DNA of 64,000 bases, from the NCBI GenBank assembly GCA_948907985.1, contig CAQWMM010000003.1, forward strand, positions 7,173 through 71,172, given 5' to 3'. Positions 36,823 through 45,744 of the stretch are shown here, one piece after another. The notes beneath the pieces were generated by a model. It saw only the letters and a list, made by a program, of their open reading frames with translations, was not told the origin of the DNA and did not search any database. Within the stretch, counting starts at the first letter, position 1; each line of letters opens with the position of its first letter. The stretch comes from an uncultured Bacillota bacterium. Its GTDB lineage: Bacteria; Bacillota; Dehalobacteriia; UBA4068; UBA4997. Made by a program: the position numbers and the translations under genes.

Positions 36823-38280
36823 ATGGTAAAGAAAAAAATTCAGGTTTTGTTTGCCGCCTTTGAGGCCGCGCCGTTTTTTAAGACCGGCGGCCTGGGCGAG
36901 GTGGCCGGCAGTCTGCCGGCCGCGCTTAAAAAGGAGGGCGCGGAGGTTCGTTTGGTTCTGCCCAAGGCTGCGGCGCTGCCGGAGCAATTCGCCGCTAAAC
37001 TGCGTCATGTGGCCGATTTTAAAGTACCGGTGGGCTGGCGTTGGCAGTATTGCGGTATTGAGGAGCTTAAGTATAAATATATAACCTACTATTTTTTGGA
37101 TAACGAATATTATTTTAAACGCGACGGCCTTTACGGCTATGGCGACGAGGCCGAACGCATGGCCTTTTTCGCCAAGGCCCTGCTTGAGAGTATCCAGTAT
37201 CTGCCGGACTTTCAGCCGGATATTATTCACTGCAATGACTGGCATACGGCGTTAGCGCCGGTGTTCCTGCGCGAGCAGTATATGAGTTCGCCGGAGTATG
37301 CCAAAATCAAGACGGTTTTCAGCGTGCATAATTTGAAATATCAGGGGCGGTTCGGCGGCTATCTGCTGGGGGATCTGCTGGGGCTTAACAGTGGCGCGGC
37401 GCTCTCGCAGCTGATTCATGACGACGATCTGAACTTTATGTGCGGCGCTCTGTGTTACAGCGATCGTTTGTTGACGGTCAGCCCCAGCTATGCGGACGAG
37501 ATTTGCACTCCCTCCTTTGGCGAGGGGCTGGACGCGGTGTTTCGCCGCCGCCGCGACCGCCTGCGCGGCATTTTGAACGGCATTGACTATAAGGTGTATA
37601 ACCCGGAAAAGGATAAAAACCTGCCGGCGGCTTTCAGCGCCGCTGATTTGAGCGGCAAAGCGGTCTGCAAGGCGGATTTGCAGCGGCGTCTTGGCCTGCC
37701 GGAGAATCCGGACGCGCCGCTGTTGGTGTTGATCAGCCGCCTGACCGAGCAGAAAGGCCTTGATTTGCTGCTTCATATTTTGCAGGAGCTTTTGCAAACC
37801 CAGCCGGATGTGCAGCTGGCGGCGCTTGGTTTGGGCGACGAGCGTTATGAGCATGATTTTGGCTGGTTCTCTAACAACTTCCCGCAGCAGGTGGCCTACC
37901 GGCGGGAATTTGACGATAATCTGGCGCATAATTATTATGCCGCCGGCGATCTGCTGCTGATGCCCTCGCGCTTTGAACCTTGCGGTCTGGCGCAGATGAT
38001 TGCCATGCGTTACGGCACCCTGCCGCTGGTTCGGGAGTGCGGCGGCCTGAAAGACAGCGTTTCGCCCTATAATCGTTTCACCGGCGAGGGTACAGGCTTT
38101 AGCTTTGCCAATTATAACGCCCATGAACTGCTGTTTACCTTGCAGAACGCCCTGGAACTTTATCGCGGCCAGCCCAAGGCCTGGCGCAAGCTGATGCTCC
38201 AGGCTATGCAGCAGGATTTCAGCTGGCAGCGTTCCGCCAAGGAATACGCCGCTGTTTATAAAGAACTGTTGGCCGAATAA
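36823..38280 (+). CDS. glgA: Glycogen synthase (GT5).
   Basis: The FEAAPFFKTGGLGEV N-terminal motif. Confidence 0.85.
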   Translation: MVKKKIQVLFAAFEAAPFFKTGGLGEVAGSLPAALKKEGAEVRLVLPKAAALPEQFAAKLRHVADFKVPVGWRWQYCGIEELKYKYITYYFLDNEYYFKRDGLYGYGDEAERMAFFAKALLESIQYLPDFQPDIIHCNDWHTALAPVFLREQYMSSPEYAKIKTVFSVHNLKYQGRFGGYLLGDLLGLNSGAALSQLIHDDDLNFMCGALCYSDRLLTVSPSYADEICTPSFGEGLDAVFRRRRDRLRGILNGIDYKVYNPEKDKNLPAAFSAADLSGKAVCKADLQRRLGLPENPDAPLLVLISRLTEQKGLDLLLHILQELLQTQPDVQLAALGLGDERYEHDFGWFSNNFPQQVAYRREFDDNLAHNYYAAGDLLLMPSRFEPCGLAQMIAMRYGTLPLVRECGGLKDSVSPYNRFTGEGTGFSFANYNAHELLFTLQNALELYRGQPKAWRKLMLQAMQQDFSWQRSAKEYAAVYKELLAE

Positions 38281-38289
38281 TGCGTATAA

Positions 38290-38350
38290 GCGCCCTCTCT
38301 GTCCAGCGTCGCCTACGCTCTGCTGGACAGCTCTCCCAAAGGGAGAGCCA
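38290..38350 (+). repeat. REP-like intergenic element copy A (GCGCCCTCTC, variable hairpin, AGCTCTCCC-AAA-GGGAGAGCC).
   Basis: It shares the flanking GCGCCCTCTC and the CTCTCCC/GGGAGAG hairpin with 57622-57680. Confidence 0.5.
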
Positions 38351-38429
38351 GGACGTTTAAGCAAAAAGTTATTGATAATAAATTGTCATATTATAAGAAC
38401 ATGTCGTGTAAGAGGAAATATAAAATATT

Positions 38430-41400
38430 ATGGAAGTTTTGCATAATTCTCATCTGGCGGTTTATCGCCAGCCTTTTGGCGCGGTGCCGGTGGGCGGCGC
38501 GGTTACTCTGGCGCTGGACATTTTGGGCGAGGACACCGAGCCCTGGAGCGGCGAGTGGGTGGCCGAGGCCATGGTGCGGCTTTGGCGGGACGGCTTTGGC
38601 GAAGAACTTGTGCCGATGCAGCCCCTGCCGTTGCCAGCGGGCGGGCGGCGTTTTGCCGCTAAAATTAACCTGCCGGAGGAGGGCGGCCTGGTTTGGTATT
38701 ATTTTTTGCTGCGTCTGGGCGACGGCGGCCTGTTGTTTTATGGCAACAATCCGCGGCAGCAGGGCGGCGTTGGCTGCTTGAGCCAGGAACAGCCGCCGTC
38801 TTATCAGATCACGGTTTGGCAGCCGCCGGCGCAGGAAAACTGGCCGGTTTGGTTCAGCAACAACATTTGCTACCAGATCTTTCCGGATCGGTTTTGCCGC
38901 GGCGCAAACTGGCAGGCCTGCCAGAACGCCGCCAGTCAGCCGGACGAATGGCTGGGGCCGAAACGTTTTGTGCAGCAAAACTGGTATGATAAACCGTTTT
39001 ATACCTGCAACAGCCGTGGTGATGTTACCCGCTGGGGCTTTTTTGGCGGCAATCTGGAGGGTATTCGCAGTAAACTGCTGTATCTGAAAAGCCTGGGGGT
39101 GGGTTCTCTGTATCTTAATCCAATTTTTTTGGCTGCCTCCAATCATAAATACGATACGGCGGATTATCTGCGCATTGACCCCTCCTTTGGCGATGAGGCG
39201 GATTTTGCGCGCCTGGCGGCGGAGGCCGAACAACTGGGCGTCAGCCTGATTTTGGACGGCGTTTTCAGCCATACCGGCGCAGACAGCCGTTATTTCAACA
39301 AGCATGGCAATTATGCCGACGTGGGCGCGTACCAAAGCGAGGATTCGCCCTATGCCGCCTGGTATAAATTCCAAAGTTTTCCGGAGGAGTACACCGGCTG
39401 GTGGGGTAATAAATCCCTGCCGGAGGTGGACGAGAGCAACCCGGCTTATCAGCAGTTGATTTATGCCGCCAAAAACAGCGTGGTGCGCAAATGGCTGCGG
39501 CTGGGCGCGCGCGGTTGGCGGCTGGACGTGGCCGACGAGCTGCCGGACAGCTTTATTGCCGGCCTGCGAGCGGCGGCCAAGGCGGAAAAGCCGGACGCCC
39601 TGGTGTTGGGCGAGGTTTGGGAAGACGCCAGCAACAAACAAAGCTATGGCGAGAAACGCCGCTATCTTTTTGGCGACGAACTGGACGGCGTGATGAATTA
39701 TCCTTTTCGGGAAGCCGCGCTGGCCTTTATGCTGGGCGAAATCAGCGCGGAAGAAATGGCGGCGCGTTTTATCAGCCAGCTGGAGAATTACCCCGCTCTG
39801 GCGCTGGCCAACAACCTTAATCTGATTGGCACGCACGATACGGCCCGGATTTTGACGGTTCTGGGCGGCGAATTGCCGCCGCTGGACCGGGGAGAGCCGG
39901 CGGGGCGTCAGGCGGCGGAGGAATATGAACTGCCGCCGGAGCGTCTGCAACTGGCCCGGGAGCGGCTAAAACTGCTATCGCTGCTGCAATTTACCATGCT
40001 GGGCGTGCCCTGCGTTTATTATGGCGACGAGGCCGGATGTCAGGGTTTGCCGGACCCTTTTAACCGGGGGACTTACCCCTGGGGGCGGGAAGACGAAGAT
40101 TTGCTTTACTGGTACCGGCGGTTAGCCAACCTTCGTCAGGAGTATCATCTGCTAAGCCAGGGCGAATTTTGGCCGCTGGCGCTGGCGGAAGACGTTTATG
40201 CCTGCCGCCGTTTTTGGCCGAAAAAAGCCCAGCTGTCCAGCGCCGCCGATCACAAATTGGATGAAATTTTGGTGGTCTGCAACCGTAGCCCGGAAAAGAC
40301 GGTCAATCTGGAACTGCCCCTGCCGGAGCATGGCGGCTGCGTCTGGGCTATGGAGTTGCTTTCCGGCCGCGAGGTTGGCGGTTTGGGCGCACAAAAAAGC
40401 CTGCTGCAAAGCCTGCCGCCGCTGTCGTGTCAGGTCTGGCTGCTGCGCAGTCAGGAGCCGGCGCGCTGGCGGCCCGAGCGGGCGGCGGGCGTGCTGTGCC
40501 CGATAAGTGCCCTGCCGCCCACCGAAGGGGGCTGGCTGGCGGCGGCCAAACGTTTTGTTGATTATCTGGCTATGGCTGGCCAAACGCTTTGGCAGCTTTT
40601 GCCGCTGAACCCGGTGGGCGACAGCGGCTCGCCCTATACGCCGTTTTCGGTATTTGCTGGGCAGGAACAGCTGGCGGCGGAGCTGCTGGAGCAGGCGGAA
40701 GGCCGGGTGCCGCCTAAGGATATGGCGCTTTATCAGCAATTCTGCAATGATAATGCGGACTGGCTGGAGGATTACGCGCTGTTTGCCGCTATCAGCGAGG
40801 CCTATCCGGACTGCGCCTGGCAGGATTGGCCGCAGGCGGAGCGCGAGCGGGAGGATTTGCCCGCTTTGCGTAAAATCTATGCCGAGAGCATGGAGCAGTG
40901 CCGTTGCCGCCAGTTTATGTTTTGGCAGGCCTGGGGCAAGCTTAAGGAATACGCCAACCGGCACGGCGTTCGTCTGATTGGCGATATTCCCATTTACGCC
41001 GGAGCAGCCAGCGCCGACGTTTGGGCCGGGCGGGAACTTTTCCTGCTGCGCGGGGACGGCTGGCCGTTGGCCGGGGCCGGCGTGCCGCCAGACTACTTCT
41101 CAGCCGAGGGGCAAAACTGGGGGCACCCGCTTTATAACTGGCCGCGAATGCGCGCTGACGGTTTTGCCTGGTGGAAGCGCCGTCTGCGCCGGGCGTTGCA
41201 GGCCTATGATTATATCCGGCTGGATCACTTCCGCAGTTTCTCTGCCTTTTTTGCGGTGCCGGCGGGCGGTACGCCCAAGGACGGCAGTTGGCTGAAAGGC
41301 CCCGGCTATGAATTTTTTGCCGAGGTGGAGCGCGAACTTGGCCGGCTGCCGGTTATTGCCGAGGATTTGGGGCTGCTGGATCAGGAGGTGCACAATCTGT

Positions 41401-41816
41401 TGCGGCTTTGCGGCTATCCCGGCATGTTGGTTTATCAGTTTGCGCCGGACAGGCTGCCGGAGCTGACTGCTGAGGATTCGCCGGAGCCGGTGGAGCCGGA
41501 CGAGGATCTGGCCGGGCGGGCGCTTTACAGCGGCACGCACGATAATCAGACGCTTTGCGGCTGGCTGAACGGCCAGGATGAGCCGGAGCCGCAGAGCCGT
41601 GCCAAAAAAATTATTCAGCTATTATACAGCAGCCCGGCGCCGCTGGTGATCATTCCCTTGCAGGATCTTTTTGGCCTGGGGGACGAGGCGCGGCTGAATA
41701 TCCCCGGCCAGGCCCAGGGCAACTGGCGTTGGCAGGCGGATTGGCAGCAGTTCAAAATTACTTTGGCGGCGGAGCTTTCCGCCTTAACAAAACTGACGAA
41801 GAGGGGTACGGTGTGA
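38430..41816 (+). CDS. Bifunctional GH13 alpha-amylase-family (neopullulanase/debranching-like) plus GH77 4-alpha-glucanotransferase (MalQ-like) fusion protein, 1128 aa.
   Basis: The N-terminal ~690 aa carry GH13 motifs (LYLNPIF…DTADY, LILDGVFSHTG, GWRLDVADEL). The C-terminal ~430 aa are MalQ-like (GVLCPISALP…GDIPIYA…IAEDLG). There is one uninterrupted ORF. Confidence 0.8.
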   Translation: MEVLHNSHLAVYRQPFGAVPVGGAVTLALDILGEDTEPWSGEWVAEAMVRLWRDGFGEELVPMQPLPLPAGGRRFAAKINLPEEGGLVWYYFLLRLGDGGLLFYGNNPRQQGGVGCLSQEQPPSYQITVWQPPAQENWPVWFSNNICYQIFPDRFCRGANWQACQNAASQPDEWLGPKRFVQQNWYDKPFYTCNSRGDVTRWGFFGGNLEGIRSKLLYLKSLGVGSLYLNPIFLAASNHKYDTADYLRIDPSFGDEADFARLAAEAEQLGVSLILDGVFSHTGADSRYFNKHGNYADVGAYQSEDSPYAAWYKFQSFPEEYTGWWGNKSLPEVDESNPAYQQLIYAAKNSVVRKWLRLGARGWRLDVADELPDSFIAGLRAAAKAEKPDALVLGEVWEDASNKQSYGEKRRYLFGDELDGVMNYPFREAALAFMLGEISAEEMAARFISQLENYPALALANNLNLIGTHDTARILTVLGGELPPLDRGEPAGRQAAEEYELPPERLQLARERLKLLSLLQFTMLGVPCVYYGDEAGCQGLPDPFNRGTYPWGREDEDLLYWYRRLANLRQEYHLLSQGEFWPLALAEDVYACRRFWPKKAQLSSAADHKLDEILVVCNRSPEKTVNLELPLPEHGGCVWAMELLSGREVGGLGAQKSLLQSLPPLSCQVWLLRSQEPARWRPERAAGVLCPISALPPTEGGWLAAAKRFVDYLAMAGQTLWQLLPLNPVGDSGSPYTPFSVFAGQEQLAAELLEQAEGRVPPKDMALYQQFCNDNADWLEDYALFAAISEAYPDCAWQDWPQAEREREDLPALRKIYAESMEQCRCRQFMFWQAWGKLKEYANRHGVRLIGDIPIYAGAASADVWAGRELFLLRGDGWPLAGAGVPPDYFSAEGQNWGHPLYNWPRMRADGFAWWKRRLRRALQAYDYIRLDHFRSFSAFFAVPAGGTPKDGSWLKGPGYEFFAEVERELGRLPVIAEDLGLLDQEVHNLLRLCGYPGMLVYQFAPDRLPELTAEDSPEPVEPDEDLAGRALYSGTHDNQTLCGWLNGQDEPEPQSRAKKIIQLLYSSPAPLVIIPLQDLFGLGDEARLNIPGQAQGNWRWQADWQQFKITLAAELSALTKLTKRGTV

Positions 41817-43402
41817 TGTATAAAAAGAATATCTTTTTTGATGATAACACAGGCCTGAGCCTGGACTTTAATGGTCTGCAAAAATCCCTGGCGGAACAGA
41901 TTGCCGCGCAGGAAAAGATGCTGCAAAAAGCGCGGGCGGATATGGCGGCCCTGGAGGGGGGCGCTGTGGCCAACCCGGATGAGCAGCGGATGGTGGGGCA
42001 CTATTGGCTGCGCAATCCCAAGCTGGCGCCCAAGCCTGCCATTCAGCAGGAGATTGAAACGGTGCAGCACGATATTTGGCAGTTCGCCGCCCAGGTACAC
42101 AGCGGCGAGATTGTCGGCTGCGATGATAAGCCTTTTAAAAATGCGCTGGTGATTGGTATTGGCGGCAGCAGCCTGGGGCCGGTTTTTGTATCGGAGGCTT
42201 TGCGCCTGCCCAAGAATAAGCTGGAGTTGTTTTTTATTGATAACACCGATCCGGACGGGATGGATATGGTGCTGCATAAAATCCAGCGCGCACTGGGGCA
42301 AACGCTGGTGATCGTGATCAGCAAAAGCGGCGGCACTGTGGAAACCCAAAACGGCCTGGTTGAGGTTAAGGGCGCTTTTGCCGCTAAGGGGCTTGATTTT
42401 TACGCTAACGCCGTGCGCATAACCCAGCGGGGCAGCGCCTTTGATACCGCGCCGGACGCGCATAAATGGCTGGCCTCTTTCCCGATGTGGGATTGGGTTG
42501 GCGGCCGGACTTCGGTGCTTTCGGCGGTGGGGCTGCTGCCGTTGGCCTTGCAGGGCGTGGACTGCGCGGGCCTGTTGGCGGGCGCCGCGGCCTGCGACGC
42601 GCTTAGCCGCGAGGCGGACGCGCCGGAGAACGATCCCGCGCTGTTGCTGGCGCTGGCCTGGTATACGCAAACCGGCGGCCAGGGCGGTACGTCGATGGCG
42701 GTGCTGCCTTATAAGGATCGTTTGCAGCTTTTTGCTAAATATTTGCAGCAGTTGATTATGGAATCGCTGGGTAAAGAATATGATTTGGCCGGCCAGGAGG
42801 TACATCAGGGGTTGGCAGTTTTTGGCAACAAAGGCTCTTCGGATCAACATTCTTATGTGCAGCAGCTGGTGGCGGGGCCGGATAATGTGTTTGTGGCCTT
42901 TATCGAGGCTCTGCGCGACCGGGTTAAGGCGGAAAGCTCCCCGCTGGTGCGGGACGGCAGCACGTCCGGCGATTATTTGCAGGCCTTTATGCTGGGCACC
43001 TCCAAGGCGCTGCGGGATCATGGCAAAAGCAGCCTGATTATTACGGTGCCGGACGTCAACGCTTTTACGGTGGGTATGCTGATTGCCCTGTTTGAGCGCG
43101 CGGTTGGCTATTACGCCTCTTTTGTCGGCATTAACGCCTATCATCAGCCGGCGGTGGAGTTCGGCAAAAAAGCGGCCGGTGAAATTATCGAACTGAAGAA
43201 CAACTTGCAGCAATATCTGGCGGCCAATCGCAGAAAATATTTCACCGCCGGAGAACTGGCGGCGGAATTTGGCGCGGACGAGGTGCAGGTTTGGCATTTG
43301 CTGCGTCATCTGACGGCTAACGATATTTATCGGATGCGCTGTGAGCGCAACGAGGCGGGCGAGCTGACTTTTGCCTTTATCAAAAAAAAGACCGACGCTT
43401 GA
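41816..43402 (+). CDS. pgi: Glucose-6-phosphate isomerase.
   Basis: PGI-family SIS domains. The start overlaps the upstream stop (TGATG). Confidence 0.85.
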   Translation: MYKKNIFFDDNTGLSLDFNGLQKSLAEQIAAQEKMLQKARADMAALEGGAVANPDEQRMVGHYWLRNPKLAPKPAIQQEIETVQHDIWQFAAQVHSGEIVGCDDKPFKNALVIGIGGSSLGPVFVSEALRLPKNKLELFFIDNTDPDGMDMVLHKIQRALGQTLVIVISKSGGTVETQNGLVEVKGAFAAKGLDFYANAVRITQRGSAFDTAPDAHKWLASFPMWDWVGGRTSVLSAVGLLPLALQGVDCAGLLAGAAACDALSREADAPENDPALLLALAWYTQTGGQGGTSMAVLPYKDRLQLFAKYLQQLIMESLGKEYDLAGQEVHQGLAVFGNKGSSDQHSYVQQLVAGPDNVFVAFIEALRDRVKAESSPLVRDGSTSGDYLQAFMLGTSKALRDHGKSSLIITVPDVNAFTVGMLIALFERAVGYYASFVGINAYHQPAVEFGKKAAGEIIELKNNLQQYLAANRRKYFTAGELAAEFGADEVQVWHLLRHLTANDIYRMRCERNEAGELTFAFIKKKTDA

Positions 43403-43447
43403 AGTCGGACTGAAATAAACTCAGAAAAGTTTGGGAGAGCGGATTTT

Positions 43448-44488
43448 ATGGAGAAGCAAAATTTTGCCCAGGCGGATTGGCCGCAGAAAATGCAGTATTT
43501 GAATGATTATGACAATTTCGCCCGGCTGTATGGTATGAGGCTGGTGGAATACAGTCTGGGCTATGCCTGCCTGGAGATGCCCATGCGTCCGGATTTCTTA
43601 AATTCTCAGCTGCGGCTGCACGGCAGCTGGCAGGCGGCGCTGATTATGATTTGCGCCGGTAAGGCGGCGCGCAGTCAGGGAAGAGAGGTTCGCCCCTGCA
43701 AGCTGAATATGAATTATCATCACGGGGTGCGCGAGGGGCTGCTGCGGGTGATTGCCCGGCAAAAATTTGCCTCTGATAATTGGCTGACCTGTGATGTGGA
43801 AATTCATTGCCAGGGGGATCATTCGGTGAATGGCGACCACGCGGTCAGCCAGCAAGCCGCCGCTGATATTTTGGTAGCCTCGGGGCGGGTGGATTTTTTG
43901 CTGCTGGATTATGAATTGGAATTTCCGGCAGAGCCAAATCCAAAATTCTTCCCGGCTGAACGACGGATAGCCCGACCGCGACCGGTTTATCCGGAAAGCC
44001 GCGCCGGCCTCTATGACGACGTGCCGGGACTGCGTCCTTGCTTTAAGCAGGCAGATTGGCCAACCAAAATGGCCTATATGAACGAAAACGAAAATATGTA
44101 TTATAGCGAGGATCTGCGCATGACGGAATACGGCCCTGGTTATGGCCGCGCCGAGCTGGATATTTGGCCGCAGCACGTTGACGCCTGGGGGCTGCTTGAT
44201 CCGGCCTGGCTGGTTATTGTGTTAGATCCGCTGATTGGCAAACCCTCACTGCATACCGGGAATTTTTGTGTAACGGCGCAGAGTTCAATCACCTTTTTTG
44301 AACCGCGGGCGGCGTTGGGCGGGCGGCTGCACGGCCAGGCGGAAAAAGTGAGCCAGGAAGGGCATTTTGCGGTTTACGCCGGCAGCGTTTATGATGAACA
44401 GGGCCGGGAACTGGCCTGTGGGGTTTGCACAATGTATCTGCGGGATACGGAGATTAATTTTCGCCGGGAACTGCCGCTGAATTTATAA
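43448..44488 (+). CDS. Tandem-duplicated hotdog-fold (PaaI-like) thioesterase.
   Basis: Two homologous halves (QADWPQKMQYLNDYDNF… and QADWPTKMAYMNENENM…). Confidence 0.55.
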   Translation: MEKQNFAQADWPQKMQYLNDYDNFARLYGMRLVEYSLGYACLEMPMRPDFLNSQLRLHGSWQAALIMICAGKAARSQGREVRPCKLNMNYHHGVREGLLRVIARQKFASDNWLTCDVEIHCQGDHSVNGDHAVSQQAAADILVASGRVDFLLLDYELEFPAEPNPKFFPAERRIARPRPVYPESRAGLYDDVPGLRPCFKQADWPTKMAYMNENENMYYSEDLRMTEYGPGYGRAELDIWPQHVDAWGLLDPAWLVIVLDPLIGKPSLHTGNFCVTAQSSITFFEPRAALGGRLHGQAEKVSQEGHFAVYAGSVYDEQGRELACGVCTMYLRDTEINFRRELPLNL

Positions 44489-44527
44489 TAGCTAAATATA
44501 AAGTAATTTTTATTAAACGAGCTTCCG

Positions 44528-44947
44528 TCAGGAGGCTCGTTTGGCGTTATCTGGGGGAAACAGACGCGCCAGGGTTTGCTTTTGCCGGCGGTTTAGCTGG
44601 CGCACGCTGTAGCCCAAACGCTCGGCGGTTTTTTCCCAGGTCAGACCCTCGATATAATAAAGCCGCAGCAGGCGGCGTTCTTCTGGCTGCAAATTGGCAA
44701 TAAATTCTTCAATTTCCTGCCGCAGGGCGATTAGCTGGTTCAGGCGCTGGGCCAAAAGCTGGCTTAGCTGCCAAAGCCGGGCGGCGGTATCGGATACGGC
44801 GTCTTTCACCAGCCCCTTGCGCCGGCTGCCGTTGCCGAGCGGCCAGCTGGCGGGCAGGCTGCCCTGCGCCAAAGCCTCTTTTTCGTCCTCCAGTTCTCTG
44901 ATTTCATAGCATAACTGCCGGTACTGCATAAGCGATTGTTTGTCCAT
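44528..44947 (-). CDS. Sigma-70 region-4-like small transcriptional regulator (ArpU/RinA/DUF1492-like phage late activator type), 139 aa.
   Basis: A C-terminal ERRLLRLYYIEGLTWEKTAERLGYSVRQLNRRQKQTLARL motif, which is a region-4 HTH. The N-terminus is a coiled coil. A consensus promoter (TTGACA, 17 bp spacer, TATATT) lies at 45018-45046 on the minus strand. Confidence 0.5.
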   Translation of the reverse strand: MDKQSLMQYRQLCYEIRELEDEKEALAQGSLPASWPLGNGSRRKGLVKDAVSDTAARLWQLSQLLAQRLNQLIALRQEIEEFIANLQPEERRLLRLYYIEGLTWEKTAERLGYSVRQLNRRQKQTLARLFPPDNAKRAS

Positions 44948-45079
44948 ATCATACTACCCTCCGTAATGTTAAGTATTTCAAACGCTTGGCGTTTGTTGAG
45001 TTGCTTTTTACGTTACAAATATAACACTAAATGAGTTGCTTGTCAAGTACTTTTTTCTGCAAAAAGTTTGCAAAAACTG

Positions 45080-45108
45080 TTGCATTTTACGGAACAATGT
45101 GGTATAAT
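45080..45108 (+). promoter_or_regulatory. Promoter of the S24 repressor gene (TTGCAT, 17 bp spacer, TGgTATAAT), flanked by palindromes.
   Basis: An extended -10. The palindromes are TGCAAAaagTTTGCA (45058-45072) and CAAACGCttgGCGTTTG (44979-44995), both in the divergent intergenic region. Confidence 0.5.
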
Positions 45109-45129
45109 GCCGGGCAAGAGGTGATTTAT

Positions 45130-45744
45130 ATGACGACTGGCAGTAAGCTTAAGGCCAGGCGCAAACAGCTTGGCCTGACATTGGAGGAGCTGGCCGGCCA
45201 CATTGGCGTAACCAGACAAACGTTGAGCCGCTATGAAAACGGGGTGATCGCCAACATCCCTATGGAGCGGATTGAGCGTTTGGCCGCGGCCATGCAAACC
45301 ACGCCGGGCGAACTTTTGGGTTGGCAGGACAATGATTTTTTAGAGTATCAGCCCAACCGGCGGGTGCCGATTTTGGGGCGGATTTCCGCCGGGCTGCCGC
45401 TTTATGCGGAAGAGCAGGTGGAGGGCGCAATTTGGGTGGAGGTCGGCGGCGCCGGCGAATACTTTGCCCTGCGCGTTAAGGGCGACAGCATGAACGCCGC
45501 CCACATTTTTGAGGGCAATCTGCTGATTGTGCGCAAGCAGGATATTGTGGAAAACGGCGAGATCGCCGTGGTGATGATTGACGACAACGACGCCACCGTT
45601 AAACGTTTTCATCGCCAGGGCCACATTGTAACCCTGCTGCCGCAGTCTACCAATCCGGAGCACCTGCCCCAGATTTATGATACGCGCAAAACAGCGGTGC
45701 GGGTGATTGGCAAGGTGATTAAAAACGAAATTATTTTTGAGTAA
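45130..45744 (+). CDS. XRE-HTH plus S24 peptidase autocleavable repressor (LexA/CI/HdiR-like).
   Basis: An HTH_XRE (LKARRKQLGLTLEELAGHIGVTRQTLSRYENG), an Ala-Gly site (ISAGLP), a Ser nucleophile (GDSM) and a Lys (TVKRF). It is not the canonical winged-HTH LexA. Confidence 0.7.
   Translation: MTTGSKLKARRKQLGLTLEELAGHIGVTRQTLSRYENGVIANIPMERIERLAAAMQTTPGELLGWQDNDFLEYQPNRRVPILGRISAGLPLYAEEQVEGAIWVEVGGAGEYFALRVKGDSMNAAHIFEGNLLIVRKQDIVENGEIAVVMIDDNDATVKRFHRQGHIVTLLPQSTNPEHLPQIYDTRKTAVRVIGKVIKNEIIFE

Noticed and set aside
44948-45130. A canonical Firmicutes LexA (Cheo) box CGAACnnnnGTTCG in the intergenic region between the repressor and the sigma-like gene.
   Set aside because: There is no convincing match. 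The region has only different palindromes (TGCAAAaagTTTGCA and CAAACGCttgGCGTTTG). The repressor has an XRE-type HTH, not the LexA winged helix, so a Cheo box is not expected.
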